A DNA stretch of 64,000 nucleotides from Rubripirellula sp. (GCA_965216875.1 OZ244207.1:4224001-4288000), one strand, 5' to 3'; counted from the first letter of the stretch, positions 1-10,547 are shown. Notes: a model not told the origin generated them from the letters alone. Program-made: numbers and translations.

Positions 1-3000
1 TTTTGGAATGCCGCATCGCGCCGAAGATAACTACCTGCACACCAACACTCAGCTTCGAATTGGCGGCACGCTGGTAAGCCAGGCGGGACAGTCGCTTCGC
101 TGTATCCGCCGTCGCGGACGCAAGGGAACGCTTCGCGATGAAAACGATGATCAAACGATCGACGAAACGGCGATGCATCGAATGCTCGGTGGAATCGATC
201 GCGAGACTTTTTTGCGCCGCTTCGGTTTGTCGCACGACGAATTGATCGAAGGTGGTGCCGCGATCTTGCGCGGCGATGGCGACTTGGGCGAAATTTTGTT
301 TGCCGCTGGTGCAGGAATCTCGAAACTGAGCCAACTGCGCGACCAGCTCGATGACGATGGCAAGCGTCTGTTTGCACCGCGCGGCACGAAGGTCATCAAT
401 TCGGCATTGAAGGACCTTGAACAACAACGCAAAGAGTTGCGTGAAGCACAACTGCCGCCGGCAGAGTTCACGGCGCAACAAAAACGGATTGAACAGGCCA
501 AGTCGGAGCTTGCCAAATTCAACGACGCAATGCACAAAGCAACCGTCGAATTGGCTCGCCTCAAGTCGTTTCAATCGGCACTGCCCTTGATCCCGCTTTG
601 GAAGAGCGACATTCGCGAACTCGGGCAACTTGGCAACGGCCCTTCACTCGACGCCGACTTCACTCAGCGGCGACGCCAAATCGAATCCGACCGAGAAGCT
701 GCCGCTAGCCAATGCGAAGACCTGGCCCGACGATTGACGGATCTGACGAATCGAATGGAAGCGGTCCCCGAAGATTCCGCCGTGCTCGGGCACGAAGCAG
801 AAATCCAAACGCTGTTCCAGGAAGTGAGCGCGCGTGACAAGGCCGACCGCGATCGCATTGACTTGATCCGCGTTCAAAAAAACCTCGACCGCCGCATCAA
901 CGAACTGCTCCAGGAACTATCGGTTCGCATTGTCACCAGTGACCAACAGGAAACCGACAGCGCCGTCGAAGACGCGGTGGTGCGGCTTCGCATCAGCGAC
1001 TCGCTCCGCAGCCAGGTTCACGATCTTGCCGCCAAGCATGAACGGTTGATTGGCCAACGAGATGATGCGCGAGACTCGGTCGCAACGATCAAAAAACGTA
1101 TCGACGAGCTCGATCATGAATTGCAACTTCTCGAAAACGTCACCGACCCGACGGCACTCGGTTCGGTGATCGATTCGGTGGGGTCCCCGGCCACGTTGCT
1201 GGAGACACTCGCCGCCCAACAAGAGGATTGCCAACAGACGTTGCGAGCTTGCCAAGCGGCCACGCGGCGATTGGATGGATTCGCGGGCGACTACAAACAA
1301 GCGGCCCAACTGACGCTCCCGCAAGAGTCTGCCATTCAGCAGACCACCCAATTGCTCGCTGAAGCAACCGAGCGACTTTCGGACGCGCGTAAACAACACA
1401 CTCAGCTATGTCGTGATCGCGACCAAGCAGCAGGCCTGCTTCACAAACAACAATCGGCAACTCGATTACCAACTTTCCAGGAACTTGAGGAAGGACGCCA
1501 GCAACGCGATGACTTGGTCGATGCCCTCGAACAATCGCCAACCGCAGAAGGTGTCGCTAAGCTGCGTCAAAGCATTCGCCAATGTGATGAAACGGCGGAC
1601 CTGCTTCAACAGCATCACCAAGAAGTTCACCAGCGGCAACAGATCAGTGATCAAATCAGTTCGCTTGACCAGCGGATTGCGGACGTCGCCGCGGAGATCG
1701 AAATCTCTCAACAGGAACTGAAGACGCACCAATTGCAGTGGCAATCTCTGTGGGATGCATGCGGTGTTGTTGCAGACCGTCCCGAGCGGATGGTGCAATG
1801 GGTCGCCGACCACAAACAACTCGTCGCATTATTCGAACGCCTGTCTGAACAACAAGATCGCGTTCAACAATCCGAACGCCGGATCGCGCGTGCGACCAAT
1901 CGTCTGCGTTCGGCGCTCAGCACCGGTGCTCCGAAACGACCAAAGGCCAAAGCCGCAATCACAGAATCGGCATACTCGCAGGGCAGTCTTTTCGATGAGG
2001 GTGGCGATGAATTCGATTCACCATCAGAAGATCTGGAATCGTTGTACGACGAAGCGGTCACCAAACGGGGCGAACTGATGCGTCGCGTTCAACAGCGTGA
2101 CACGTTGCTGCGCCGCCGAGAGGAACAGGCCGAGGAACTGCCGGCCGCCGAAACGCGTCTGGAGACCTTCAAGACCAATGTCGACCAGTGGGACCAGCAA
2201 TGGCGACAGGTCACGCAGGCCTTTGCGGAACAGGAGAACGCGACAACGTCGGTCGTGATGGCAATGATTCGTCGCATTGACCAATTGTGCGACAAGAAAC
2301 GCGAACGTGACATTCTCGCGTCCCGAATCCGTTCGATCGGCGAAGACGAACATGCCTTTACCATTCGCGTCACACGACTCGCCGAAACGTTGGCAATTTC
2401 CGACGCCGATTCCGCGCCTGCCTCGGCAACCACTCAACGACTGTACCAACGTCTGCAGTCCGAACGTTCGGCTGCCAAACAGCGTGAAATGCTTCATGAG
2501 CAAATCGTCGAAGTCGAACGCCGCCTGGAAGCAGCAAAACAGCAACAAAGCGACTGTCAGCGTCAACTTCAGCAGCTCTGCAATGAGGCAAAGTGCGAAT
2601 CGCCAGAAGAACTCCCCGAAATTGAAAACCGCTGCCGTCGACAACAACAGCTGCAAATTTCATTGCGCGATCTCGAGAATCAACTCACGCTCTTAGCCGG
2701 TGATGACGCGATTGAGGACTTCATCGAGGCGGCCAGCGAACAATCGCAAGCGTTACTCGACGTCCAAATCGAACAGCAAGAACGCGAAGTCAAAACGCTC
2801 CGAAAAACCATCTCGCAAGCCGACCAGGATCTGGGTGTGATGCAGCACCAAGCGGATTCGATCAGTGGCAGTGGCCGCGCGTCGGACCTCTTGCAATCAG
2901 TCCAACTCACACTCGGACGTATCGGTCGCGATGCCGAAGAGTACGCGAAGCTAAAGATCGCATCGTATCTGTTGCGGCAGGCCATCGATCATTACCGAAA

Positions 3001-3433
3001 AGACAACCAGAGCCCCGTGCTGGCCATCGCAGACGACTATTTCCGCAAGCTGACGTGTGGCGAATACCGCGGCCTGAAAGTCGATTTCGATGCCAAAGGT
3101 CATTCCATTCTGTTTGGCCTGCGCGACACCGGAAGCGTCGCTGAAGTCCCCGCACCGTCGATGAGCACGGGGACGGCCGACGCACTTTACCTTTCCCTGC
3201 GACTCGCCTCGCTCACCCATCAACTCAGTCAGGGTGCCGAACCCGTGCCGCTGATCGTCGATGACTGTCTGATTCAGATGGACGACCAACGCGCCGCCGC
3301 GGCCATGCAGGCCCTTTCGGAAGTCGCCACCAAAACGCAAGTGATGATGTTCACGCATCACCAACACTTGCTCGACCTCGCGCAAACTTCACTTGGCGAA
3401 AACGAATACTGCGTGCACTCGCTCGGATCTTAA
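1..3433 (+). CDS. YhaN/AAA_27-type SMC-like coiled-coil ATPase (5' end outside window)
   Basis: The frame is open from the window start (F-G-M-P-H..). Long coiled coil; C-terminal ABC-type signature MSTGTADALYLSLRLA, Walker B LIVDD and FTHH motif. Walker A is absent, consistent with truncation. Confidence 0.85.
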   Translation, partial: FGMPHRAEDNYLHTNTQLRIGGTLVSQAGQSLRCIRRRGRKGTLRDENDDQTIDETAMHRMLGGIDRETFLRRFGLSHDELIEGGAAILRGDGDLGEILFAAGAGISKLSQLRDQLDDDGKRLFAPRGTKVINSALKDLEQQRKELREAQLPPAEFTAQQKRIEQAKSELAKFNDAMHKATVELARLKSFQSALPLIPLWKSDIRELGQLGNGPSLDADFTQRRRQIESDREAAASQCEDLARRLTDLTNRMEAVPEDSAVLGHEAEIQTLFQEVSARDKADRDRIDLIRVQKNLDRRINELLQELSVRIVTSDQQETDSAVEDAVVRLRISDSLRSQVHDLAAKHERLIGQRDDARDSVATIKKRIDELDHELQLLENVTDPTALGSVIDSVGSPATLLETLAAQQEDCQQTLRACQAATRRLDGFAGDYKQAAQLTLPQESAIQQTTQLLAEATERLSDARKQHTQLCRDRDQAAGLLHKQQSATRLPTFQELEEGRQQRDDLVDALEQSPTAEGVAKLRQSIRQCDETADLLQQHHQEVHQRQQISDQISSLDQRIADVAAEIEISQQELKTHQLQWQSLWDACGVVADRPERMVQWVADHKQLVALFERLSEQQDRVQQSERRIARATNRLRSALSTGAPKRPKAKAAITESAYSQGSLFDEGGDEFDSPSEDLESLYDEAVTKRGELMRRVQQRDTLLRRREEQAEELPAAETRLETFKTNVDQWDQQWRQVTQAFAEQENATTSVVMAMIRRIDQLCDKKRERDILASRIRSIGEDEHAFTIRVTRLAETLAISDADSAPASATTQRLYQRLQSERSAAKQREMLHEQIVEVERRLEAAKQQQSDCQRQLQQLCNEAKCESPEELPEIENRCRRQQQLQISLRDLENQLTLLAGDDAIEDFIEAASEQSQALLDVQIEQQEREVKTLRKTISQADQDLGVMQHQADSISGSGRASDLLQSVQLTLGRIGRDAEEYAKLKIASYLLRQAIDHYRKDNQSPVLAIADDYFRKLTCGEYRGLKVDFDAKGHSILFGLRDTGSVAEVPAPSMSTGTADALYLSLRLASLTHQLSQGAEPVPLIVDDCLIQMDDQRAAAAMQALSEVATKTQVMMFTHHQHLLDLAQTSLGENEYCVHSLGS

Positions 3434-3459
3434 CGTTCGATCACCCCTTACCCTTGTCC

Positions 3460-4329
3460 TTACTTAGACGAGGGCGTCGCCTTGGGACGGGTCTGCCAGG
3501 CGATGATGCGATCGACCAAAGCAGTGGGCACAAACTTGTCGACCAACACGGCTGCCTTGGCATCCAAGCCCACGTGGTAGCGCCGGCGTGGACGATTGGA
3601 TTGGATCGCCTTGCAAACGACACGAGCCACTCGGTCCGGCGACCGTCGCGAAGATGCTGATCGATGCATCAGTTTTTGGAAATGCTCGAGCCGCGGACGA
3701 TAGTCGTAGCCATCTTCGGTCGTGGCGTCCTCGATCCGCTCGACCGTCGCCTGTTCGGATTTGTCGAAGATCGGAGTGTCCGTTTGCCCGGGGCACACGA
3801 CCACGACCTTCACCCCCATCGGCGCGAGTTCACGACGCAAAGAATCAGAAAGCCCCTCAACCGCATACTTGGACGAGGCATAGGGGGCCACCATCGGAAG
3901 CGCCAAACGACTCGCTGCCGAGCTGATGTTGACCACTCTGCCGCCCCGTGATCGCAACAAAGGCAAAAAGGCCTGAGTCATTTCGATCATCCCAAAAAGG
4001 TTGACCGCAAATTGTTTGTGCCAGTCTTCAAGCGAGATCCTTTCAACCGGCCCGGCAATCGCAACGCCAGCGTTGTTCACAAGGGCGTCGATCCCCTCGG
4101 GACTCTGCGCCGAAACGTGATGTTTGGCTTGATCGATCGATTCACGGTCGGTCACGTCAAGGATGAGCGGCGTCACTGTGGCACCAAGATCACGCAGCGA
4201 ATCAGCATCCTTGTCGCGACGAACGCAGGCAAACACATGGCATCCAGCCTCCGCAAGCCGCCCAACCGTCGCCAAGCCAATGCCTCCCGAACAACCGGTG
4301 ACGAGGACGGTTCGGGGGGCTGAATTCAT
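3460..4329 (-). CDS. SDR family NAD(P)-dependent oxidoreductase
   Basis: TGCSGGIG Rossmann motif, NNAG, catalytic YASSK. Start trimmed to MNSAPRTVLVTG (ATG 4329). Confidence 0.92.
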   Translation of the reverse strand: MNSAPRTVLVTGCSGGIGLATVGRLAEAGCHVFACVRRDKDADSLRDLGATVTPLILDVTDRESIDQAKHHVSAQSPEGIDALVNNAGVAIAGPVERISLEDWHKQFAVNLFGMIEMTQAFLPLLRSRGGRVVNISSAASRLALPMVAPYASSKYAVEGLSDSLRRELAPMGVKVVVVCPGQTDTPIFDKSEQATVERIEDATTEDGYDYRPRLEHFQKLMHRSASSRRSPDRVARVVCKAIQSNRPRRRYHVGLDAKAAVLVDKFVPTALVDRIIAWQTRPKATPSSK

Positions 4330-4630
4330 ACCGATGCACTTGTTGCTTGACTGACGCGTGGAGTTGCTAGCATCTTCGCTGAAGCTTCCCGGTGAATCTA
4401 GGGGAAATGGGAGCCTTGAATCTAGCCGGGTCGATTCGCTGGGCAGTGGTGACGTGGCGGTCGATGAACAGAAAACGCACCGTTGTTGCCCTCGTTGATT
4501 CACCATGCAGAACCGATCATTCCTACTGATTTCGAGATGCACGCTGTTAGGCTGTGAGCTTATCAAGGCCGCCTTGCGTTGTGCGAAAGCAGCGTCCACA
4601 AGCGCAACGTTCGCGGACCCAACCGCGACG

Positions 4631-5731
4631 ATGTCGAAACTCGACGCCAAAAAATCACGCTCTCTGTGCGTGATGGTGTTCGTTTTGGTCTTTGCCACAG
4701 GCTGCAGCAATCATTTGATGAACGTGGCGCTTCGTACGCCCGTGTCGGTGCGTCTCGATACGCCGGTGCAGATGACGACCGAGGTGAAAACGCAGTCGCC
4801 GCCCGACAATCGTGCGACTTCCATTCGGGCGCGAACGATCCGCAGCGACCACTCAGGAGCCTACTCAGGCAACCGGATTGCGATCGTCGACATTGACGGC
4901 GTGCTTTTGAACCGAAACATGACCGGACTCGGATCGATGGGAGAGAATCCCGTTGCGTTGTTCCGTGAAAAATTGGACGCGGTCTCAAAGTCAAGCAACA
5001 CCTGCGCGGTCGTTGTGCGAATCAATAGTCCAGGTGGTGGAGTGACCGCCTGCGATATCATGCGTCAGGAACTGATTCGCTTTCGAGAACAATCCTCCAT
5101 TCCGGTGGTCGCCTGCTTGATGGACACAGGCGCAGGCGGCGCCTACTACATCGCCACAGCCTGCGACATGATCGTTGCACACCCCACTTCGATCGTGGGT
5201 GGCGTGGGCGTGATCTTGAACTTGTACGACGTCGAAGAAACGATGGCGCAGTTCAACATCATTCCGAAATCGGTCCGAGCGGGCGATCGCATCGATTCCG
5301 GATCGCCTGTTCGCGCGTTGAAGGACAACGAACGCATCATGCTGCAAACGATTGCCGACAAGTTCCATCAGCGGTTCCGTTCGGCAGTGGTCGCCTCTCG
5401 CGAGGCGTACCAGGGCGACCCGAGCGACGATTTTGACGGCAGTGTCTTCACTGCGGACGTTGCATTCGAAAAATCGCTGATCGACCAGATCGGCTATTTT
5501 GATGACGCGGTCCGTGCAGCAGGTCAGTTGGCAGGGTGCACCACACCGCCGTCGCTTCAACTTTATCGCCGTGAAAACGACCGCGCCCGGACGCCGTACG
5601 ACATCACGCCAAACGCTCCGCTGCAGAATTCGGTCTTCCCGCTGAGCATTCCCGGACTCGATCGCAACCGCATGCCAACCTTCCTGTACCTATGGCAGAT
5701 CGAGCCGACTCTTGAGAAGACGGGTGGTTAG
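4631..5731 (+). CDS. S49/SppA-like lipoprotein (catalytic residues apparently lost)
   Basis: IAIVDIDG, VRINSPGG, YYIATACD, AHPTSIVGGVGV and LIDQIGYFDDA motifs of SppA. Lipobox-like FATGC. Start uncertain. Confidence 0.85.
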   Translation: MSKLDAKKSRSLCVMVFVLVFATGCSNHLMNVALRTPVSVRLDTPVQMTTEVKTQSPPDNRATSIRARTIRSDHSGAYSGNRIAIVDIDGVLLNRNMTGLGSMGENPVALFREKLDAVSKSSNTCAVVVRINSPGGGVTACDIMRQELIRFREQSSIPVVACLMDTGAGGAYYIATACDMIVAHPTSIVGGVGVILNLYDVEETMAQFNIIPKSVRAGDRIDSGSPVRALKDNERIMLQTIADKFHQRFRSAVVASREAYQGDPSDDFDGSVFTADVAFEKSLIDQIGYFDDAVRAAGQLAGCTTPPSLQLYRRENDRARTPYDITPNAPLQNSVFPLSIPGLDRNRMPTFLYLWQIEPTLEKTGG

Positions 5732-5812
5732 TCGCTAGGCTTTTACGCTCTCACGTGGCTGAATCGATTCGGCCAGTGTTCATGCCAAAAGCTCTCAGTA
5801 ACGCCTGCCGCC

Positions 5813-6943
5813 ATGTGGTTTTCCACCTTCCTGGTCAAGAATCTTCGTCGTCGCCCCTTGCGATCGATCCTAACCATTACGGCAGTCGCGCTTGGTGTCG
5901 GCGCCGTCGTCTCGCTGGTGGGGGTCGCCACGGGATTCAAAGCGTCGTTCTTGAAGCTATATGGCGAAGTCGGAATCGACTTGTTAGTGATCAAGGGACG
6001 GGTGGGGCGCCAGCTCGAAAGTGGCATCCCTGAATCGATGTGCGACCGCATTGCCGCGATCGACGGTGTCGTCGAAGTCATCCCGGGATTGAACGATGTG
6101 ATTAGTTTTCCAGACGAAGACCTTTTTATGGTCGTCGTCAACGGCTTCGTCCCCGAGAGCAAAGTCTTTGATCACTTTGACTTGAAAGAGGGACGGCATC
6201 TTCGACTTGAGGACGAACGCAAAGTGATGCTCGGAGCAATCCTTGCCGAGAACCTGCAAAAGGGGGTCGGCGACCAAGTCGAAGTCTACGACGAAGAGTT
6301 TTTTGAAGTGGTCGGCGTCTTCGACAGTTTCAGCGTGATCGAAAGTGGTTCGCTGGTGATGCCGATGCACGAATTGCAACCGCTGATCGGTCGAGAAGAA
6401 CAGGTGCTCGGCATCAGCGTGATGACCGAAGATGGAACCGACACGGACCAATTGGAACGCATCCGCAGCCAAATTGAAGAGCTCGAAACGGGTATCGTTG
6501 CGCGGCCTGCGAGAGAACACGTCAATGGACTGACCGAGATTCAGCTCGCCGGTGCGATGGCTTGGCTCACCAGCGCCATCGCGCTACTGATTGGCGGCGT
6601 TGGCGTGATGAACACCATGATCATGACGGTTCAGGAACGGACACGTGAAATCGGTGTGCTAAGGGCAATCGGCTGGCGGCGTAGCCGCGTGATCAAAATG
6701 GTGCTTGCCGAATCACTGATCCTTGGTGTCATCGGCGCGGTGATCGGAATTGTCGGTGCGATCGCGCTGGTGAAGTTGCTGACGAGTTTGCCAACGGTCA
6801 ACGGATTACTCGAAGGCAACATCCCGCCGATCGTGATCGTCTATGGAATCGTCCTCGCACTCGCTGTTGGCCTGGTGGGTGGACTTGTACCCGCGATCAT
6901 TGCGTCCCGGATGACGCCAACGGCGGCCCTTCGCCAAGAATGA
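5813..6943 (+). CDS. ABC transporter permease, MacB/FtsX family
   Basis: N-terminal TM helix, periplasmic domain, VMNTMIMTVQERTREIGVLRAIG motif, C-terminal PTAALRQE. Confidence 0.92.
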   Translation: MWFSTFLVKNLRRRPLRSILTITAVALGVGAVVSLVGVATGFKASFLKLYGEVGIDLLVIKGRVGRQLESGIPESMCDRIAAIDGVVEVIPGLNDVISFPDEDLFMVVVNGFVPESKVFDHFDLKEGRHLRLEDERKVMLGAILAENLQKGVGDQVEVYDEEFFEVVGVFDSFSVIESGSLVMPMHELQPLIGREEQVLGISVMTEDGTDTDQLERIRSQIEELETGIVARPAREHVNGLTEIQLAGAMAWLTSAIALLIGGVGVMNTMIMTVQERTREIGVLRAIGWRRSRVIKMVLAESLILGVIGAVIGIVGAIALVKLLTSLPTVNGLLEGNIPPIVIVYGIVLALAVGLVGGLVPAIIASRMTPTAALRQE

Positions 6944-6956
6944 TTGTGATCGCAGG

Positions 6957-7826
6957 CTACTTCTTGCCCAACGCGCGTCGAAACTTTCTGACCGCATCTT
7001 GTACCGCCAGCGGTAGTTTCGAGCCGAGCAGGTTTGGCCCACCGAACCAGTCGCTCGGTTCATGAACAACCGCGTGACATTCGATGACGATCGCACCCTC
7101 ATGCCCGATCAAACGCGTCGCCTTGGCATAGGCGGCAAGTCCGCTGTAGGCGTGGTCGGAATCATCGTCGGACTTGGCGTGCCGCCATCGATTCGGAAAC
7201 TCATCGTCGCCGGAAAACGGTTCAGCAAGTTCAACGCTTCCCCGGTGCGAGCTTTCGGTCGATATCGAAATTGCATGAACGACGCCGCTGACAATCACTC
7301 GATCGAGCACCGGAGCTTCGAAGCGGTAGTAGCCCGTCTTCGAATGCTCGTCGCTAGCAGGTAAATCGATCCCACGACTCTTCAATTGTGCTTCCGTCAA
7401 CGCGTTGCCAGCAGAATCGTCGGCGTCACTTGTCTCAGCCATCGATGCCAACATGCCTTCATCGGCAATGGCATCGAGGGGCCCGTGGGCAACGAACCAG
7501 ACGTCGATTCGGTGCCCAATCCGTTTGCCATCGGAATCTTTGATCGTCTCTCGCTTGAGCGTGAACGGTGAAACGATCGATTTCTTGGTGAAGCGATCAA
7601 GCGAATGACGCCCTGCGACTTGCCTGAGCGCCACCGCCTGTTCCTCTTCGCTCATCCCATCTGCAAACGTGGGCGGCGGGAGCGGAACGGCCTGGCCACC
7701 AAGTTCGACTGACGGAAGTGATGCAAGCGAATCATCGGCGTTTGCGTTCGAGCCGATGAGGACGATGCCCAATGCCAGGGTGGCAAAGATCCTAGCGAGC
7801 GACTGTGGGAATTGGCGGTCTGTCAA
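6957..7826 (-). CDS. hypothetical exported protein
   Basis: 289-aa ORF with signal-peptide-like N-terminus (ALGIVLIGSNANA); fills the gap between neighbouring genes. Confidence 0.7.
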   Translation of the reverse strand: MTDRQFPQSLARIFATLALGIVLIGSNANADDSLASLPSVELGGQAVPLPPPTFADGMSEEEQAVALRQVAGRHSLDRFTKKSIVSPFTLKRETIKDSDGKRIGHRIDVWFVAHGPLDAIADEGMLASMAETSDADDSAGNALTEAQLKSRGIDLPASDEHSKTGYYRFEAPVLDRVIVSGVVHAISISTESSHRGSVELAEPFSGDDEFPNRWRHAKSDDDSDHAYSGLAAYAKATRLIGHEGAIVIECHAVVHEPSDWFGGPNLLGSKLPLAVQDAVRKFRRALGKK

Positions 7827-7837
7827 GGCAGCTGAGA

Positions 7838-8791
7838 TTATCGAAAGTTGTTTGATTGTTGGTTGGCCATGTGAGCCAGCGATTGGGCAACGCCTTGCAC
7901 AATGTGTTGAAGATCAACTTTCGTCAAGAACTTTTTTGCTGCTGCAACCTTCATCGAGTCGGCAAAGGGAACCGACGTACCCCGTGGGATTTGCACCAAA
8001 GCGAATCGATCGGGCGTGGGAATACTCGACAACAGCCCCCCTTTGGAGACGTGGATTTGCCGATCTTCCTGAAAACCCTCCGGCAACAATTGCATGTCGG
8101 GGGAATCGATTTTGTACTGCCCACCCGAACGTTCCGCTCCCGAGGTATCCAGCTGCCAAACGAGGAACCCAAGTTTTCCGTTGGTGGGCGACACCCAAAG
8201 GAAGTGACGGAGGACCCGCTCTTGATGATCATCACCGACGACCATGTTCGCCTTGGCGTCAAAGATCACCAGACGATCATTGCGTGCGACCTGAACGACG
8301 TCATCCAAACAATCCTCGTTGCCAGCGAGCACTCTTCGGTCAATCATTCCCAGTTCGGCACCGAGTTGGTTGGCCGTTTTTTCGGTCACGATGATATGTC
8401 GACCTTGAATGTTCATCGCAAAGCCGATCGCAACCTTGTCGAGTCGGTAGACCGGCTTGCCCTGAGGCTGCTTTTCTTCGGTTACGTTTGCCATCACCGC
8501 AAAGTTGAACATCGCGGCGTAGCGTTTGGCATACTCGGGAAGACTTTCGATGTCGCCTGAAGCCAAACGGGGAACGGCGAGCGTGACAAGGTTCGAGTAG
8601 CCAGACTTTTGTTGCTGGCCGACCACCACGCCCGGCTCGATCCGTTCGAGGGGTTGATGTGCCAGATCAAACGGAGTGGGCGTCTCGCCCTGAGCATTCA
8701 CGTCCGCGGCATGCATCAACACCAAACAAGCTGTGAATGCATACCAAGTGCGAAAGGGTCGTGTTGTTGTTTTTGTGCTCACAAGATCCAT
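7838..8791 (-). CDS. hypothetical exported protein
   Basis: Long ORF with signal-peptide-like segment (FTACLVLMHAADVNA); 11 bp from the next gene; start uncertain (8791-8878). Confidence 0.7.
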   Translation of the reverse strand: MDLVSTKTTTRPFRTWYAFTACLVLMHAADVNAQGETPTPFDLAHQPLERIEPGVVVGQQQKSGYSNLVTLAVPRLASGDIESLPEYAKRYAAMFNFAVMANVTEEKQPQGKPVYRLDKVAIGFAMNIQGRHIIVTEKTANQLGAELGMIDRRVLAGNEDCLDDVVQVARNDRLVIFDAKANMVVGDDHQERVLRHFLWVSPTNGKLGFLVWQLDTSGAERSGGQYKIDSPDMQLLPEGFQEDRQIHVSKGGLLSSIPTPDRFALVQIPRGTSVPFADSMKVAAAKKFLTKVDLQHIVQGVAQSLAHMANQQSNNFR

Positions 8792-8943
8792 TGCTTCTCT
8801 CAATCCCATCGTCCGAGATAGAAACGTCCCAGATAGAAACGCCGTGCGATGGTATCCAGGAGGATCCGGCGAGGTCAACCGAAGCGTGTCGATCCGACGT
8901 AATGACAGCGAGCAAACCGTCTTGGACAGTTCGTCGGACCACC

Positions 8944-9205
8944 GTAGCTACGCTCGCCAGAACGTGGGGTGGCGATTAGCGGATTGCCAGCGAAAACCAC
9001 CTTCTGGCGAAGGTAGCTACGTTCAGTTTGACACTGTAGCTACGCTCGCCAGAGCGTGGGGTGGCGGTTTGCGGATTGCCAGCGCAAACCACCTTCTGGC
9101 GAAGGTAGCTACGTTCAGTTTGACACTGTAGCTACGCTCGCCAGAGCGTGGGGTGGTGGATAGCGGATTGCCAACGCAAACCACCTTCTGGCGAAGGTAG
9201 CTACG
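8944..9205. repeat. Tandem array of three REP doublets (REPIN/BIME-like), 92-bp period, family A
   Basis: Units start at 8944, 9036 and 9128: GTAGCTACGCTCGCCAGA(G/A)CGTGG-~29 nt-CCACCTTCTGGCGAAGGTAGCTAC, joined by GTTCAGTTTGACACT. Confidence 0.92.
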
Positions 9206-9218
9206 GACCTGGGAAAAG

Positions 9219-10547
9219 CTAGCGTAGCTTGAGGACGCGGCGCAAACGTGCGGCGACGATCGGATCGGGCTGGTCCACAAGCCTCAACCGCAACTCCTGT
9301 TTCACGGCCGGATCGTCCATCGTTGCCAACACCGAGATGGCTCGCAATTTGACGTCACGGCTTTCATCATCAAGCATCATGACCAACCACGGCCTTGGGT
9401 CAATGGAATCGCCTCGCGCAATCATGTCGACCAAAGCCAAGCGGCCAGAGACGTCGGCTGACGCGATGCGACTCGCCAAAACGATCTGGCGTTCCGAGTA
9501 CCCGCGTCGGGCAAGTTCCGCTTGAGCCTTCTGCTGCAAAGCTTGATGGGGACTACCAAGCCAATGAATCACCGACTTGTCGTCCAACGTTTCCATTGGC
9601 GAGTCAACCAAGTTGGTGACTGGCAAGATGCTCTCAGCTTGAAACGATGTTTCGACCGTACTTGTAGTCGTTGCATTGAGCTCAGCAGTGTGTGCGAGCG
9701 GAGGCTTTATCTCTTGCAGGACGACCGACTCGCCTTGCGGCACGGTTTGCAATCGGGTCGCAGACGAGCGATAGACGGTCGGCGACTCGCCCACGCGAAG
9801 ATCGGAATCCACGCTGATCGCAGGGTTTTCGCCAGTCGCTTCCGGGGCAGGCGGCCAATCGATCCAAACTTCCTGTGATTCACTCGATACCGGTAGCGGC
9901 TCGACCTGGACCGTCAGACGCTGTGGCGCAGCTGGCCCGTCGCTGAGGATACTGGGACCTGGTCGCCCCGAAAGTGCCAAGGACTCGAGTGTCTTGTTGG
10001 CTTGTTGATAAAGTGCTTGGGAAGCATCGGTGCGTTGATTGACTCGATCGATGATGATCGTTTGCAGCAAGCTTGAACTCCAACCGGTCCGATCGTCCGC
10101 CATCTGAATGGCGACCTCGTCAATGGCTGCGACAAGATCCGTCTGACGCGTAAGAAGCTTTTCATCTTCGAGCGTCGCCCACTCGGTCTGCATGTGCCGA
10201 AGCAGGTCATACGCCGTGCGTCCCACTTCGATGTCATCGTCTGACATCGCGCCGACCAACGGTGAAATGCCATCGGTGCCAAGTTGAGCGAGCTGATGAA
10301 GTCGCTGTTTCTTTTCAACCGGACCACACTCGGCGAAGTCGCCGGTCAGTCGGTAGACCAGCCACCTGCGATATTGGCTGCCGGTCGCAACGACGATCGC
10401 TAGACCGATGGCGACAAGTACGAACATCTTGGCTGCCGGCCCGAACCGAGCGGAGGTTCGCGCATCGTTTGCGCGCTGAGGCTTGCGCCGCTTTTTGTTT
10501 TGCAGCGAAAACGGGTTGGGGATATCTGAAGGGTCACCAGCGCGCAT
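9219..10547 (-). CDS. membrane-anchored HEAT-repeat protein
   Basis: One TM helix (MFVLVAIGLAIVVA). HEAT-like helical repeats at both ends (LVGAMSDDDIEVGRTA; MMLDDESRDVKLRAISVL) around a P/S/T-rich linker. Confidence 0.7.
   Translation of the reverse strand: MRAGDPSDIPNPFSLQNKKRRKPQRANDARTSARFGPAAKMFVLVAIGLAIVVATGSQYRRWLVYRLTGDFAECGPVEKKQRLHQLAQLGTDGISPLVGAMSDDDIEVGRTAYDLLRHMQTEWATLEDEKLLTRQTDLVAAIDEVAIQMADDRTGWSSSLLQTIIIDRVNQRTDASQALYQQANKTLESLALSGRPGPSILSDGPAAPQRLTVQVEPLPVSSESQEVWIDWPPAPEATGENPAISVDSDLRVGESPTVYRSSATRLQTVPQGESVVLQEIKPPLAHTAELNATTTSTVETSFQAESILPVTNLVDSPMETLDDKSVIHWLGSPHQALQQKAQAELARRGYSERQIVLASRIASADVSGRLALVDMIARGDSIDPRPWLVMMLDDESRDVKLRAISVLATMDDPAVKQELRLRLVDQPDPIVAARLRRVLKLR

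Noticed and set aside
1..3433. SMC-like anti-plasmid/defence system (Wadjet/Lamassu)
   Set aside because: Motifs fit the YhaN/AAA_27 family and no defence partner genes lie downstream; the upstream partner is outside the window.
4330..4710. N-terminal extensions of the SDR and SppA ORFs that overlap head-to-head
   Set aside because: Artefact of longest-ORF calling; homology begins at 4329 (-) and about 4631 (+), leaving a normal divergent promoter region.
8944..9205. Possible CRISPR array
   Set aside because: Inter-repeat sequences are near-identical rather than unique spacers, repeats alternate in orientation, and there are no cas genes; fits a REP doublet array.
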